A stretch of DNA of 41,776 nucleotides from positions 1 to 41,776 of the forward strand of contig NCDQ01000006.1 of assembly GCA_002280275.1 (NCBI GenBank), written 5' to 3'. How positions within the stretch are numbered: the first letter of the stretch is position 1; each line of letters starts with the position of its first letter. This stretch comes from Caulobacter vibrioides (GTDB taxonomy: Bacteria; Pseudomonadota; Alphaproteobacteria; Caulobacterales; Caulobacteraceae). Made by a program: the position numbers and the translations under genes. Under the pieces are notes generated by a model. It was not told the DNA's origin, searched no databases, and saw nothing but the letters and a program-made list of their open reading frames with translations. Shown here piece by piece: positions 12,381 through 22,836 of this stretch.

Positions 12381-12555
12381 GAAAGCGCCATCAGCGCTAA
12401 CGGACGATGTAGAACGCTTTGTAGGCGAATTGCCGATCGTTGTCGACTCATGGCGGGGAAATCTCCGGAGTCGTCTTCCGCGCCGCAGCATTTTGGGCCT
12501 ATAAGCCCAGCCGCGCAGGCCGCTCTCCAAGGGCCGCATCTGATAAAGAGTCAAA

Positions 12556-13089
12556 ATGGACCTGTCCAAGATCGCCGTCGGCGTGAACCCGCCGTACGAC
12601 CTTAACGCCATCATCGAGATCCCGCAGGGCGGCGAGCCGGTGAAGTATGAAATCGACAAGGAAAGCGGCGCCCTGATGGTCGACCGTTTCCTGCATACGG
12701 CGATGTTCTATCCGGCCAACTACGGTTTCATCCCGCACACCCTGGCCGACGACGGCGACCCGGCCGACATCATGGTGGTGGGTCCGACCCCGGTGGTGCC
12801 GGGCGCGATCATCCGCTGCCGCCCGATCGGCACGCTGATGATGGTCGACGAGGCCGGCTCGGACGAGAAGATCCTGGCCGTGCCGGTCGACAAGCTGCAT
12901 CCGTTCTACACCGGCGTGACCAGCTGGCGCGACCTGCCGACCATCCTGACCGAGCAGATCGCCCACTTCTTCCAGCACTACAAGGACCTGGAAAAGGGCA
13001 AGTCGACCAAGATCACCGGCTGGGCCGATCCGGACGAGACCGCCGAGATCATCCGCACGGCGATCAAGCGCTACAACGAGAGCTACTGA
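12556..13089 (+). CDS. ppa: Inorganic pyrophosphatase (family I)
   Basis: IEIP..VKYEIDK..VDRFL..YPANYGFIPHTLADDGDPAD..DEAGSDEK..HFFQHYKDLE. Confidence 0.97.
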   Translation: MDLSKIAVGVNPPYDLNAIIEIPQGGEPVKYEIDKESGALMVDRFLHTAMFYPANYGFIPHTLADDGDPADIMVVGPTPVVPGAIIRCRPIGTLMMVDEAGSDEKILAVPVDKLHPFYTGVTSWRDLPTILTEQIAHFFQHYKDLEKGKSTKITGWADPDETAEIIRTAIKRYNESY

Positions 13090-13095
13090 GTGCGT

Positions 13096-13482
13096 TCAGC
13101 CCTGGTGACTGGCCCACAGGCCGGTCACCAGCAGGGCGATCACCATGCCGTCGATGAGAATGGCGACGCCTGAGAAGCCCTTCAGATAGCGACGCCCCTG
13201 AGCGATCAGCGATCCGATAAAGAAGGCCTTGCTCACGACCGCCACGGCGACCGCCATGGCCCGTGTCTCCGGGTGGAAGGCCGCCCACACCAACATACCG
13301 CCAATCAGGGCGATCAGCAGGCCCCAGCCGCGCACGATGATCTCCGCGACCGGCCCCTCAAGCGCTTCACCGAAGGTCGAACGCTGAGCCCGACCCGGCG
13401 CCAGCGCGAACTGCAGCATCGACAGGGTCAGAAGGCCGCTGACCACCAAGACGCCGGCGTAGTGTTCCGAAATCCAAGACAT
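13096..13482 (-). CDS. Small multi-pass membrane protein of unknown function (start may be 13509)
   Basis: About four hydrophobic segments; converges on ppa. Confidence 0.75.
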   Translation of the reverse strand: MSWISEHYAGVLVVSGLLTLSMLQFALAPGRAQRSTFGEALEGPVAEIIVRGWGLLIALIGGMLVWAAFHPETRAMAVAVAVVSKAFFIGSLIAQGRRYLKGFSGVAILIDGMVIALLVTGLWASHQG

Positions 13483-13574
13483 GACCGCCCCCCAAGTCGC
13501 CCCTGACAAGGGGCGTTCGGGCGCGAGCCTAGGTGCGTCCGAGGCCTCGGGGAAGCACGTCTGACGCCGTTCGA

Positions 13575-14124
13575 CTAAGCCCGAACGAAATCCAGGAACA
13601 CTGGCGCGCAGTCGCCCAGCTTCTTTTCCTCGTAGCGTGTGGTCACGTGGTCTGCCGGGATCGCGTTGCGGTCCGCCGCGTCATCGGCGAAGCGGAAGTT
13701 GGGATCAGCCAGCACCCGCTCGGTGGTCCACTCGGCGTAGTCGGCCCAGTCGGTGGCGAAACGCAGGGCGGCGCCCGGTTTCATGACCCGCGCCAGCTCG
13801 CGCACGAACTCGGGCTGGATCAAACGGCGTTTGTTGTGCCGGGCCTTGTGCCAGGGGTCGGGGAACATGATGAACGCCCGGTCGAGGCACGCGTCGGGCA
13901 GCCAGTCTACCACGTCGCGGGCGTCGCCCTCGTGGATGCGGACGTTCTTGAGCGCCTGCTCCTCGACGTGACGTACGGCGCTGGCTACGCCGTTCACGAA
14001 GGGCTCGGACGGCGATCTGCGGCAGCAGAGTCTCGAGCAGGGCCTGCTGGCGCGGCTTCACCGGGCGCGACTTTAGACGGCCGAACGAACGCAGCGGTCC
14101 ATGGGGTTGTTGGGGGTTGGTCAT
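13575..14124 (-). pseudogene. trmB: tRNA (guanine-N7)-methyltransferase; frameshifting internal deletion at ~14007
   Basis: N-terminus MTNPQQPHGPLRSFGRLKSR..LLPQIAV joins out of frame to EPFVNGVAS..FPDPWHKARHNKRRL..FATDWADY..TTRYEEK; the SAM-binding LEIGFGxG segment is absent. Confidence 0.9.
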
Positions 14125-14156
14125 GGGCGGGGTCTTAAAGCGCTGGGCGGGAAATG

Positions 14157-14190
14157 AAAACGGGCCCCGACCCGTGAGGATCGGAGCCCG
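14157..14190 (-). terminator. Intrinsic terminator after metK
   Basis: Minus strand CGGGCTCCGATCC-TCAC-GGGTCGGGGCCCG followed by TTTT. Confidence 0.75.
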
Positions 14191-14214
14191 CCTAATGAGG
14201 ATGGGGCCAGCAGC

Positions 14215-15438
14215 CTAGGCCAGGCCCTTCAGGTCGCTCACGAGATCGGTCTTCTCCCAGGAGAAGCCGCCTTCGCTGTCCGGCGTACGGCCAAAGTGGC
14301 CATAGGCGGCGGTGCGGGCGTAGATCGGGCGGTTCAGTTGCAGGTGCTCGCGGATCGCGCGCGGGGTGGCCCCGCCGATCAGCTGCGGCAGAATCTTTTC
14401 AAGGACCGCCGGATCCACCTTGCCGGTGCCGTGCAGGTCGACGTGGAACGACACCGGCTGGGCCACGCCGATGGCGTAGGCGATCTGGATGGTGCAGCGA
14501 TCAGCCAGACCCGCAGCCACCACGTTCTTGGCCAAGTAACGGCAGGCGTAGGCGGCGGAACGGTCCACCTTGGTCGGATCCTTGCCCGAGAACGCGCCGC
14601 CGCCGTGCGGGGCCGCACCGCCGTAGGTGTCGACGATGATCTTGCGACCGGTGAGGCCGGCGTCGCCGTCGGGACCGCCGATCTCGAAGCGGCCGGTCGG
14701 ATTGACCAGCCACTGGGTCTTCTTGGTGATCAGACCGTCGGGGAAAATCGGCAGAATGTGCGGCTTGATCAGCTCCAGCACGCGCTTGGAGGTCGCGGCC
14801 TTGCCGCCGATTTTCTTCTTGTGCTGGTGGGAGACGACGATGGAGACCACGCGCTGCGGGCGGCCGGCGCCGTCATACTCCAGCGTCACCTGGCTCTTAG
14901 CGTCGGGCTCCAACTCGGAGAGCTCGCCCGAATGGCGAAGCTCGGCCAGGCGCTTGAGAATGTTGTGGCTGTACTGCAGCGTCGCCGGCATCAACTCCGG
15001 GGTCTCGGTGCTGGCGTAACCGAACATGATGCCCTGGTCGCCGGCGCCCTCGTCCTTCTTATCGGTGGCGTCCACGCCCTGGGCGATATGAGCGGACTGT
15101 CCGTGCAGGAAGTTCGAATACTTCGCCTTCTGCCAGTGGAAGCCCTTTTGCTCGTAGCCGATGTCCTTGATCGCAGCGCGGACCTTCGGCTCGAGGGAGC
15201 CGAGGATGTCCTTGGTCAGCTGCTTGTTGGCCTTCTTGTCGCCGTCCGGTTTGCCGGCGCGAACCTCACCGGCCAGCACGACCCGATTGGTGGTCACCAG
15301 CGTCTCGCAGGCGACGCGCGCCTCGGGATCGACCGAGAGGAAGGCGTCGACGACGGTGTCGCTGATCCGATCAGCGACCTTGTCGGGATGACCTTCGGAA
15401 ACGCTCTCGCTGGTGAAGATATAGGACGAACGGCTCAA
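14215..15438 (-). CDS. metK: S-adenosylmethionine synthetase (TTG start)
   Basis: [73 protein letters not shown]. Confidence 0.98.
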   Translation of the reverse strand: MSRSSYIFTSESVSEGHPDKVADRISDTVVDAFLSVDPEARVACETLVTTNRVVLAGEVRAGKPDGDKKANKQLTKDILGSLEPKVRAAIKDIGYEQKGFHWQKAKYSNFLHGQSAHIAQGVDATDKKDEGAGDQGIMFGYASTETPELMPATLQYSHNILKRLAELRHSGELSELEPDAKSQVTLEYDGAGRPQRVVSIVVSHQHKKKIGGKAATSKRVLELIKPHILPIFPDGLITKKTQWLVNPTGRFEIGGPDGDAGLTGRKIIVDTYGGAAPHGGGAFSGKDPTKVDRSAAYACRYLAKNVVAAGLADRCTIQIAYAIGVAQPVSFHVDLHGTGKVDPAVLEKILPQLIGGATPRAIREHLQLNRPIYARTAAYGHFGRTPDSEGGFSWEKTDLVSDLKGLA

Positions 15439-15508
15439 GAGACAGCTCCGGTCATGAAGACACGCACGGGCGCGCGGCGCCCAGTCGGCGTTCAGTTAGA
15501 CCAGAATC

Positions 15509-15528
15509 ATATAAAGATATGTTTATGC
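15509..15528. promoter_or_regulatory. Putative SahR operator upstream of metK, next to a GAATC CcrM site (15504-15508)
   Basis: AT-rich imperfect palindrome ATATAAAGATATGTTTATGC ~70 nt upstream of metK; resembles the ATAT(C/A)AAG-N4-CTT(G/T)ATAT SahR motif. Confidence 0.7.
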
Positions 15529-15557
15529 GAGCAAGGCGAGCTTATCTAACAGCCGCG

Positions 15558-15986
15558 TCAGTCGTCCAAGCCGCTGGCCGCGTCTTCGGCGGCCATGGAT
15601 CGCACCAGCTCCAGGATCCGCCGCCGAACCTTCTGTCGACCGATCTTTGGAAACAGCGTCGCCAATTCCAGTCCCTCTGGCGTCATCAGGAAATCGTGCG
15701 TGAATGGTTCGCCGTCCTCGGCCATGCCGCCGCCAACCGCGCCCCCGAGCCCCTCGAAGAAGTAGTCGACAGGCGACTGCAGGCTTCTGGCGATTTCATA
15801 GAGCTTGCTGGCGCTGACCCGATTGGCCCCGCGTTCGTACTTCTGAATTTGCTGGAAGGTGAGGCCTAGGTCCTCGGCGAGGCGCTCCTGGCTTACGCCC
15901 AGGATTCGACGACGCATGCGAATGCGGGCGCCAACATGCAGGTCGACGGGATTGGGGTGGCGTTCGGTGTCCGACGGTTCGCTCAT
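15558..15986 (-). CDS. XRE-family HTH regulator, PhrR/PraR-like (likely ortholog of the Caulobacter Cdx/Rtr group)
   Basis: PNPVDLHVGARIRMRRRILGVSQERLAEDLGLTFQQIQKYERGANRVSASKL; conserved lnt-XRE-metK synteny. Confidence 0.92.
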   Translation of the reverse strand: MSEPSDTERHPNPVDLHVGARIRMRRRILGVSQERLAEDLGLTFQQIQKYERGANRVSASKLYEIARSLQSPVDYFFEGLGGAVGGGMAEDGEPFTHDFLMTPEGLELATLFPKIGRQKVRRRILELVRSMAAEDAASGLDD

Positions 15987-16033
15987 GCCCACGCCAGAAG
16001 CTGAAACTAGGCTTTAGTTCAGCTCAAGTTTCA

Positions 16034-17611
16034 CTAGCGCGCAATAGAGGATGAGGTTTTGCCTATGCGGAAGCGAGCTGATGCAACCCCTGATATCAGT
16101 AAAAGCGCCCAAAAGGCCAAATCTCCGAAGTCGTCGTAGGGCGTAACCTCACCCACTCCTGGTATTTGCGCGTCGATGACGCCGCTTTTTCCTAGGCCAA
16201 GCGAAGCCCCGGGCGCGAGACGGCCGCGTGCGTCGATGACGCCGCTGATTCCGGTGGGCGTGGCGCGCAAAAGCGGCCGCGCGCTTTCGATCGCGCGGTA
16301 ACTCGCCAGGTTCAGGTGCTGTGGCGGGCCCGACGTCACGCCGAACCAGGCGTCGTTCGAGACATTGATCAGGGCCCGGACGCGGGGGTCTGGCCTGGCC
16401 AGGCCGGGGAACAGGCTCTCGTAGCAGATCAGCGGTTGAACCAGCAGATCAGAAGAAATCCGCAACGGCGCGGGCTCAGGGCCAGTGGTGAAACTGTCGC
16501 CAAGATGCGCCAGCGTCTTGAAGCCGATGGCCGTCAGGAAGCCTTCGGCCGGCAGGTATTCGCCGAACGGCACCAGCCGGTGTTTGTCATAGATCCCGAC
16601 CAGTTCCAGATCGTCGGCGCCCCGGCGAAGGGCGACGAGGCTGTTGTAGTAGGTCGGGCGATCGACCGCGCCTTCATAGCGATAGCCGCCGATGAGCAGG
16701 ACCTGGCCCGGGGCCAGGCTGTCGACAATGGCCTGCCGCACCCATGAGCCGGGCGCGAGATAGTCATTGACCGCGGCGGGCACCGCGCCCTCGGGCCAGA
16801 TCACGACATCAACCGGCTTGCCGGCGTAAGGCGTGGCGGTCAGCGAAACATAGGCCTGGACGATCTGAGCGAAGCGCTCGGCGTCCCATTTGAGGTCCTG
16901 CTTGATGTCCGCCTGGACGATGCGCACCGTGGTGGGGCCGCTGGGTCCGACGGGCTTGGACAGAACGAACGCGCCATAGCCATAGAGTGCGACCAGGCCG
17001 GCGGCGGCGGCGCCCAAGGCGAGTCGGCCGGCGCGTCCCTCGCGCCAAACCGACGGCGCGCTGGCGATGGCCAACGTGATCCAGGTCAGGCCGTAGGCGC
17101 CGACCAGGGCGGCGGTCTGCGATGGGGCCGAGCCGGCGCGCCAGGTTTCGCCGATGAGGTTCCAAGGAAAGCCCGTCAGAATATGACCGCGGGTCCATTC
17201 CAGCGCCGCGAACGCGCCAGCGAAGGTCAGGATGCGCCAGACGCTCTTTGGCCTGATCCAACGATAGGCCAGGGCCGCGAGACCCCAGAACACGGCCAAG
17301 CCCGCCGCCATCGCCGAAACCGCGAACGGCGCCATCCACCCGTGGACGGCGGCGTCCACCAGGAAGGCCTCTCCCACCCACCAGGTCCCGAGGCCAAAAT
17401 AGCCCAGTCCCGCCAGCCAGCCCCGCCAGAACGCCGAACGCAACGGGCGCTCGGCGTCGGCGCCGTCGATCAGATAAAGCAGCGCCGCATAGCCCAGCAG
17501 GCCCGGCAGAAGGCCGAAGGGCGGATGCGCCAACGCCGCCGCCAGGCCTGAGACCAAGGCCAACAGGGGGCTGCTCCAGCGGCGTTCGCGAAACCGCGCC
17601 CAGGCCGTCAC
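16034..17611 (-). CDS. lnt: Apolipoprotein N-acyltransferase
   Basis: Multi-TM N-terminus, TGFPW, catalytic triad WPEG / YDKHRLVPFGEY / ICYE, SNDAWFG. Confidence 0.97.
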   Translation of the reverse strand: MTAWARFRERRWSSPLLALVSGLAAALAHPPFGLLPGLLGYAALLYLIDGADAERPLRSAFWRGWLAGLGYFGLGTWWVGEAFLVDAAVHGWMAPFAVSAMAAGLAVFWGLAALAYRWIRPKSVWRILTFAGAFAALEWTRGHILTGFPWNLIGETWRAGSAPSQTAALVGAYGLTWITLAIASAPSVWREGRAGRLALGAAAAGLVALYGYGAFVLSKPVGPSGPTTVRIVQADIKQDLKWDAERFAQIVQAYVSLTATPYAGKPVDVVIWPEGAVPAAVNDYLAPGSWVRQAIVDSLAPGQVLLIGGYRYEGAVDRPTYYNSLVALRRGADDLELVGIYDKHRLVPFGEYLPAEGFLTAIGFKTLAHLGDSFTTGPEPAPLRISSDLLVQPLICYESLFPGLARPDPRVRALINVSNDAWFGVTSGPPQHLNLASYRAIESARPLLRATPTGISGVIDARGRLAPGASLGLGKSGVIDAQIPGVGEVTPYDDFGDLAFWALLLISGVASARFRIGKTSSSIAR

Positions 17612-18522
17612 GAGAGCCTTGCGTCGATTGCGGCGCCGTCTGCGGCGGTCTCTGACGGTCGGGAAGGGCCACCGCGAACACGAACGCGTCGAACCCGACG
17701 CGGATCGGCCTCGACCACTTCGAACTCGAAGCCGTCGGGATGGGCGATCACCTCGCCCCGCTGCGGCACACGACCGGCCAGGGCGACGACCAGCCCGGCG
17801 ACGGTGTCGATATCCTCGTCCATGTCAGGCGGCGCCAGATCATGGTTTAGCGCCGCCTCCAGTTCCTCCAGCGGTGCGCGGGCGTCTGCGTCGTACACCC
17901 CGCCCGGGCGGGCCACCACCGCAACGGCGGTGGCGTCGTCGTGCTCATCGTCGATCTCGCCGACGACCGCTTCGATCAGGTCCTCCATCGAGACCAGGCC
18001 GTCGGTGCCGCCGAACTCGTCGATCACGAGGGCCATGTGGATTCGACTGGTGCGCATGCGGAGCAGGAGGTCGGCGGCCTTCATGGAGGCGGGCACGTAC
18101 AACGCGTCGCGACGCAGCTTGTTCAACACCGGATCGGCGGGCGCGGGCCTTTTGGACTCGTCGGCCAGCAGGCGGAACACATCCTTGACGTGGACGACGC
18201 CGACGGGGTCGTCGAGAGTCTCGCGATAGATGGGCATCCGCGAATGCTCCGCCTCGGCGAACTGGGCCGCCACCGCCTCGAATGGTGTCGAGAGCTCGAC
18301 GGCGACGATGTCGGCGCGCGGCGTCATCACATCGGCGACCCGCAGGCTCTGGAAGGCCTCGGCCTGATCCACCAGGTCGACCGCAGCGGCGGACGCAGCG
18401 GTCTCGGGCGGGCGAGGGGGCTCACCGCCGCCCATCAGTCGCCTGCGCATATGGCGGAAGAACGCCCGCACGCCCCGGCTTCGTCGGGCGGCGGGCTGTT
18501 GACTAGGCTCGTCGCTGGGCAT
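17608..18522 (-). CDS. HlyC/CorC family CBS-domain transporter-associated protein
   Basis: VADVMTPRADIV, HSRMPIYRETLDD, HMALVIDEFGGTDGLVSMEDLIEAVVGEIDDEHD, C-terminal CorC domain. Confidence 0.93.
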   Translation of the reverse strand: MPSDEPSQQPAARRSRGVRAFFRHMRRRLMGGGEPPRPPETAASAAAVDLVDQAEAFQSLRVADVMTPRADIVAVELSTPFEAVAAQFAEAEHSRMPIYRETLDDPVGVVHVKDVFRLLADESKRPAPADPVLNKLRRDALYVPASMKAADLLLRMRTSRIHMALVIDEFGGTDGLVSMEDLIEAVVGEIDDEHDDATAVAVVARPGGVYDADARAPLEELEAALNHDLAPPDMDEDIDTVAGLVVALAGRVPQRGEVIAHPDGFEFEVVEADPRRVRRVRVRGGPSRPSETAADGAAIDARLS

Positions 18523-18530
18523 GGCCCTGG

Positions 18531-19022
18531 TCAGCGTCCCTCTTCATTCCCAGAAACAGAATCTGGGCTGGCGTAGGGGTCAGGAACGTCCAGACCCGCC
18601 AGGATTTCGCGTTCGAGCGCTTCCATGGCTTCCGCCTCGTCGTCGCCCTCGTGATCATATCCTAGGAGATGAAGCACGCCGTGCGCCACCAGATGTTGCA
18701 GATGGTGGGCCAGCGGCTTGCCCTGTTCAGCCGCTTCGCGGGCACAGACCCCATAGGCCAGCGCGATGTCGCCGATCTGACCCTCCGGATTGGGCGGGGA
18801 GGGGAAGGACAGGACGTTGGTCGCATAGTCCTTCTGACGGAACTCACGGTTCAGCGCCTGAACACTGTCGTCGTCGGTCAGCAGGATCACGATCCCGTGG
18901 CCTTCGATGTCCTCATGCGCGTCCAGCACGGCCTGGGCGGCGCGCCAGACCAGGGCCTCGGTCTCGGCGTCCGCCTTCGTCCAGGCCTCGTCCTCGATCT
19001 CGATATCAACGGTGAGGGTCAT
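18531..19022 (-). CDS. ybeY: rRNA maturation endoribonuclease YbeY
   Basis: LNREFRQKDYATNVLSFP, GDIAL, HGVLHLLGYDH zinc motif; ATG 19022. Confidence 0.96.
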   Translation of the reverse strand: MTLTVDIEIEDEAWTKADAETEALVWRAAQAVLDAHEDIEGHGIVILLTDDDSVQALNREFRQKDYATNVLSFPSPPNPEGQIGDIALAYGVCAREAAEQGKPLAHHLQHLVAHGVLHLLGYDHEGDDEAEAMEALEREILAGLDVPDPYASPDSVSGNEEGR

Positions 19023-19023
19023 G

Positions 19024-19964
19024 TTACCGGGGAGTACTCTGCGCCGCGTCCGCGTCATAGGCCTTGACGATGCGTTCGACGAGCGGGTGACGCACGACGT
19101 CGGAGGCGGTGAAGCGCGACACCGCCACGCCCTCGACGCCTTCCAGGATCGACACGGCGTGGGCCAGGCCGGAGTCACGCGGGTTGAGCAGATCCACCTG
19201 GGTCGGGTCGCCGGTGACGACCATGCGCGCGCCCTCGCCGATGCGGGTCAGCACCATCTTCATCTGCAGGCGCGAGCAGTTCTGCGCCTCGTCGACGATG
19301 ACGAACGCATGGGCCAGCGTGCGGCCGCGCATAAAGGCGATCGGCGCGACCTCGATCTCCAGCTTCTCGCGGCGCCTGCGCAGCTGATCTGCGCCCATGA
19401 TGTCGGTCAGGGCCTCCCAGACCGGCGCCATATAGGGATCAACCTTCTCGTTCAGGTCGCCCGGAAGAAATCCGAGTTTTTCGCCGGCCTCGACGGCGGG
19501 ACGGGTGACGATCAGGCGATCGACCTCGCCGCGCATCAGCATGCCCGCGCCATGGGCCACGGCCAGGAAGGTCTTGCCGGTGCCGGCGGGGCCCAGGCCA
19601 AAGACCAGCGGGTGGGTGGCCATCCTCTCCAGGTACTGCGCCTGGCTCTTGGTCTTGGGCGAGACATTGCCCTTGCGCACCGCGCGGGGCGAGGCCTGGC
19701 CGCTGGTCTCGTGCGCGCCGCCGATGGCGATCCGCACGTCGGCCTCGACCACTTCGTCGCCGGCGTCGGCGCGGGCGGCCAGGGTCTGCAGGGCGCGCTT
19801 GGCGCTGGTGCGGCCGCGCGCGTCGCCGGTGAGGGTGACGCCGCCGCCCGGCGTCTCGATCAGCACCTTGAAGGCGTCCTCGATCAGGGCGGCGTGACGG
19901 CCGCTCGGGCCAGAGACGGCGTGGACCGCGTCGTCGGATAGCGGCAGGAACTCAGGGGTGCGGC

Positions 19965-19968
<4 letters not shown>
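19024..19968 (-). CDS. phoH: PhoH family ATPase (YbeZ-like), TTG start
   Basis: GPAGTGKT, TRPAVEAGEKLGFLPG, MRGRTL, DEAQN, DVVRHPLV. Confidence 0.95.
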
Positions 19969-21141
<1,173 letters not shown>

Positions 21142-21194
21142 GCGCGAGGTTATGGGGTCGAGGACGGCGCTGTGCAAGGGCGGCAAGGTCACAC

Positions 21195-21275
21195 TTGCCC
21201 CCTCCGCGCTGCGCGCTCCTCCCCCATAGGGGGAAAGAAGGCTCACCTTCCGCCCCCTCCAGGGGGGGGGGGAAG
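21195..21275. repeat. Intergenic palindrome cluster (CCTCCCCC..GGGGG type) with an 11-G run; may double as the fur terminator
   Basis: TCCCCC-ATA-GGGGGA hairpin at 21220-21234 and CTTCCGCCCCCT-CC-AGGGGGGGGGGGAAG at 21247-21275. Confidence 0.55.
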
Positions 21276-21284
21276 TCGCCTGGC

Positions 21285-21692
21285 CTACTCCTCCAGCGGC
21301 ATCCCGTAGAGCTCGAGGCGGTGGTCGATCAGCTTGTAGCCGAGCTTCTTGGCGATCGCGTGCTGCAGGGCCTCGATCTCTTCGTCCACGAACTCGACGA
21401 CCTTGCCGGTCTTCATGTCGATCAGGTGGTCGTGGTGATGGTCGGGGCTCTGCTCATAGCGCGAGCGGCCGTCGCGGAAGTCGTGGCGCTCGATGATGCC
21501 GCTTTCCTCGAACAGGCGCACGGTGCGGTAGACCGTGGCGATCGAGATGTGCGGATCGATGGCGTGAGCGCGGCGGTGCAGCTCCTCGACGTCCGGGTGA
21601 TCCTCGGCCGACGACAGCACGCGCGCGATGACCCGACGCTGGTCGGTCATGCGCATGCCTTTTTCGATACAGGCCTTTTCGAGTCGATCCAC
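21285..21692 (-). CDS. fur: Ferric uptake regulator (GTG start)
   Basis: [53 protein letters not shown]. Confidence 0.95.
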   Translation of the reverse strand: MDRLEKACIEKGMRMTDQRRVIARVLSSAEDHPDVEELHRRAHAIDPHISIATVYRTVRLFEESGIIERHDFRDGRSRYEQSPDHHHDHLIDMKTGKVVEFVDEEIEALQHAIAKKLGYKLIDHRLELYGMPLEE

Positions 21693-21737
21693 GGCGGAGC
21701 CTCCGTCTGAGTCGCCGGCAAGATAGGGGCTAGACCC

Positions 21738-22190
21738 TTAAGTGTTAAGCGCCCGTCGCATCACCAGCGCGTCCTTGGCCCCATCGGGATGGGGATAATA
21801 GCCCTTGCGCAAACCCACCTTGAGGAAGCCGGTGGTCTGGTAGAGCGCAATGGCGGCGAGGTTGTCGGCGGCGACCTCCAGGAACATCGCCTCGGCCTTG
21901 GTCTCCGCAGCGATCCCGGCGGCCACCCCAACCAGGGCCGCGCCCCAGCCGCGCCGGCGGGCGGCGGGATCGACCGCTACGGTCAGGATTTCGGCCTCGC
22001 CGGCGATCGAGCGGCACAGGATGAAGCCCTTGGCCTCCGCGGGCTCGCCCGCCTCGCCAAGGATCGCGAAAACGCCCGGGGACTTCAGAAGCTCGTCGAA
22101 CTCCAAGGCCGTCCAGGGCCGGTCGAAGGCCTTGTCGTGCAGGTCGGCGAGATCGAAGGCGGCTTCGGAGCCGACGGGACGCAGATTCAT
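21738..22190 (-). CDS. rimI: RimI-like GNAT N-acetyltransferase
   Basis: EAEILTVAVDPAARRRGWG, FLEVAADNLAAIALY..GLRKGYY..DALVM; follows tsaB. Confidence 0.9.
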   Translation of the reverse strand: MNLRPVGSEAAFDLADLHDKAFDRPWTALEFDELLKSPGVFAILGEAGEPAEAKGFILCRSIAGEAEILTVAVDPAARRRGWGAALVGVAAGIAAETKAEAMFLEVAADNLAAIALYQTTGFLKVGLRKGYYPHPDGAKDALVMRRALNT

Positions 22191-22197
22191 GGTCAGC

Positions 22198-22833
22198 CTA
22201 GGCGGCGGGCAGGGTTGCGTACGGCGCGCGCAGATACAGCGGCCGGGGAGCATGGACTGGCGCGGGACGCTTGGCCGCCAGGCGCGCGATCGCGACGGGA
22301 TCCGGCGCCGCCGGCGTCAGGATCGTCGCCCCCTTCAGGACGTCGGCCAGCAGAGGCGCGCCGGAGCCGATCAGGGTCGTCGGACCGCCCGGATGCAGCT
22401 CGACAAGTCGAGCCGCAGCTTCGCCGAGACCCAGAGCGTCCGGCGCCATCACCGCCGCGCCGTCGACGAAGGCCTGGATATAGACCTGGCTCATCCGCGC
22501 ATCGATCAGGGCCACGGCGAAGCCCTTGGTCCCGAAGGCCAGGCTCTCCAGCGTGTTGACGCCTACGCACGGGATGGAGAGCGCGGTCGCCAGGCCCTTG
22601 GCGAAGGCCAGGCCTACGCGCAGGCCGGTGAAGGAGCCCGGTCCCACCGTCACGGCGATCCGCGACAGATCCGCGAACGCGACGCCCGCCTCTGCGGCGG
22701 TCTCTCGCGCCAGGATCCCGATGCGCTCCTGATGGCCCCGGGTCATCGGTTCGGCGCGCGTGGCCAGCACGCGGTCGGCGTCGAGGATGGCGATCGCGCT
22801 GGCGCCCAGGCAAGTGTCGATCGAGAGGATCAT
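22198..22833 (-). CDS. tsaB: tRNA t6A biosynthesis protein TsaB
   Basis: ILSIDT, RGHQERI, IAVTVGPGSFTGLRVG, IDARM, PLYLR. Confidence 0.95.
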   Translation of the reverse strand: MILSIDTCLGASAIAILDADRVLATRAEPMTRGHQERIGILARETAAEAGVAFADLSRIAVTVGPGSFTGLRVGLAFAKGLATALSIPCVGVNTLESLAFGTKGFAVALIDARMSQVYIQAFVDGAAVMAPDALGLGEAAARLVELHPGGPTTLIGSGAPLLADVLKGATILTPAAPDPVAIARLAAKRPAPVHAPRPLYLRAPYATLPAA

Positions 22834-22836
22834 GGC

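Noticed and set aside
15439-15557. SAM riboswitch upstream of metK
   Set aside because: I could not recognise SAM-II or SAM-SAH consensus elements; a protein operator palindrome explains the region better.
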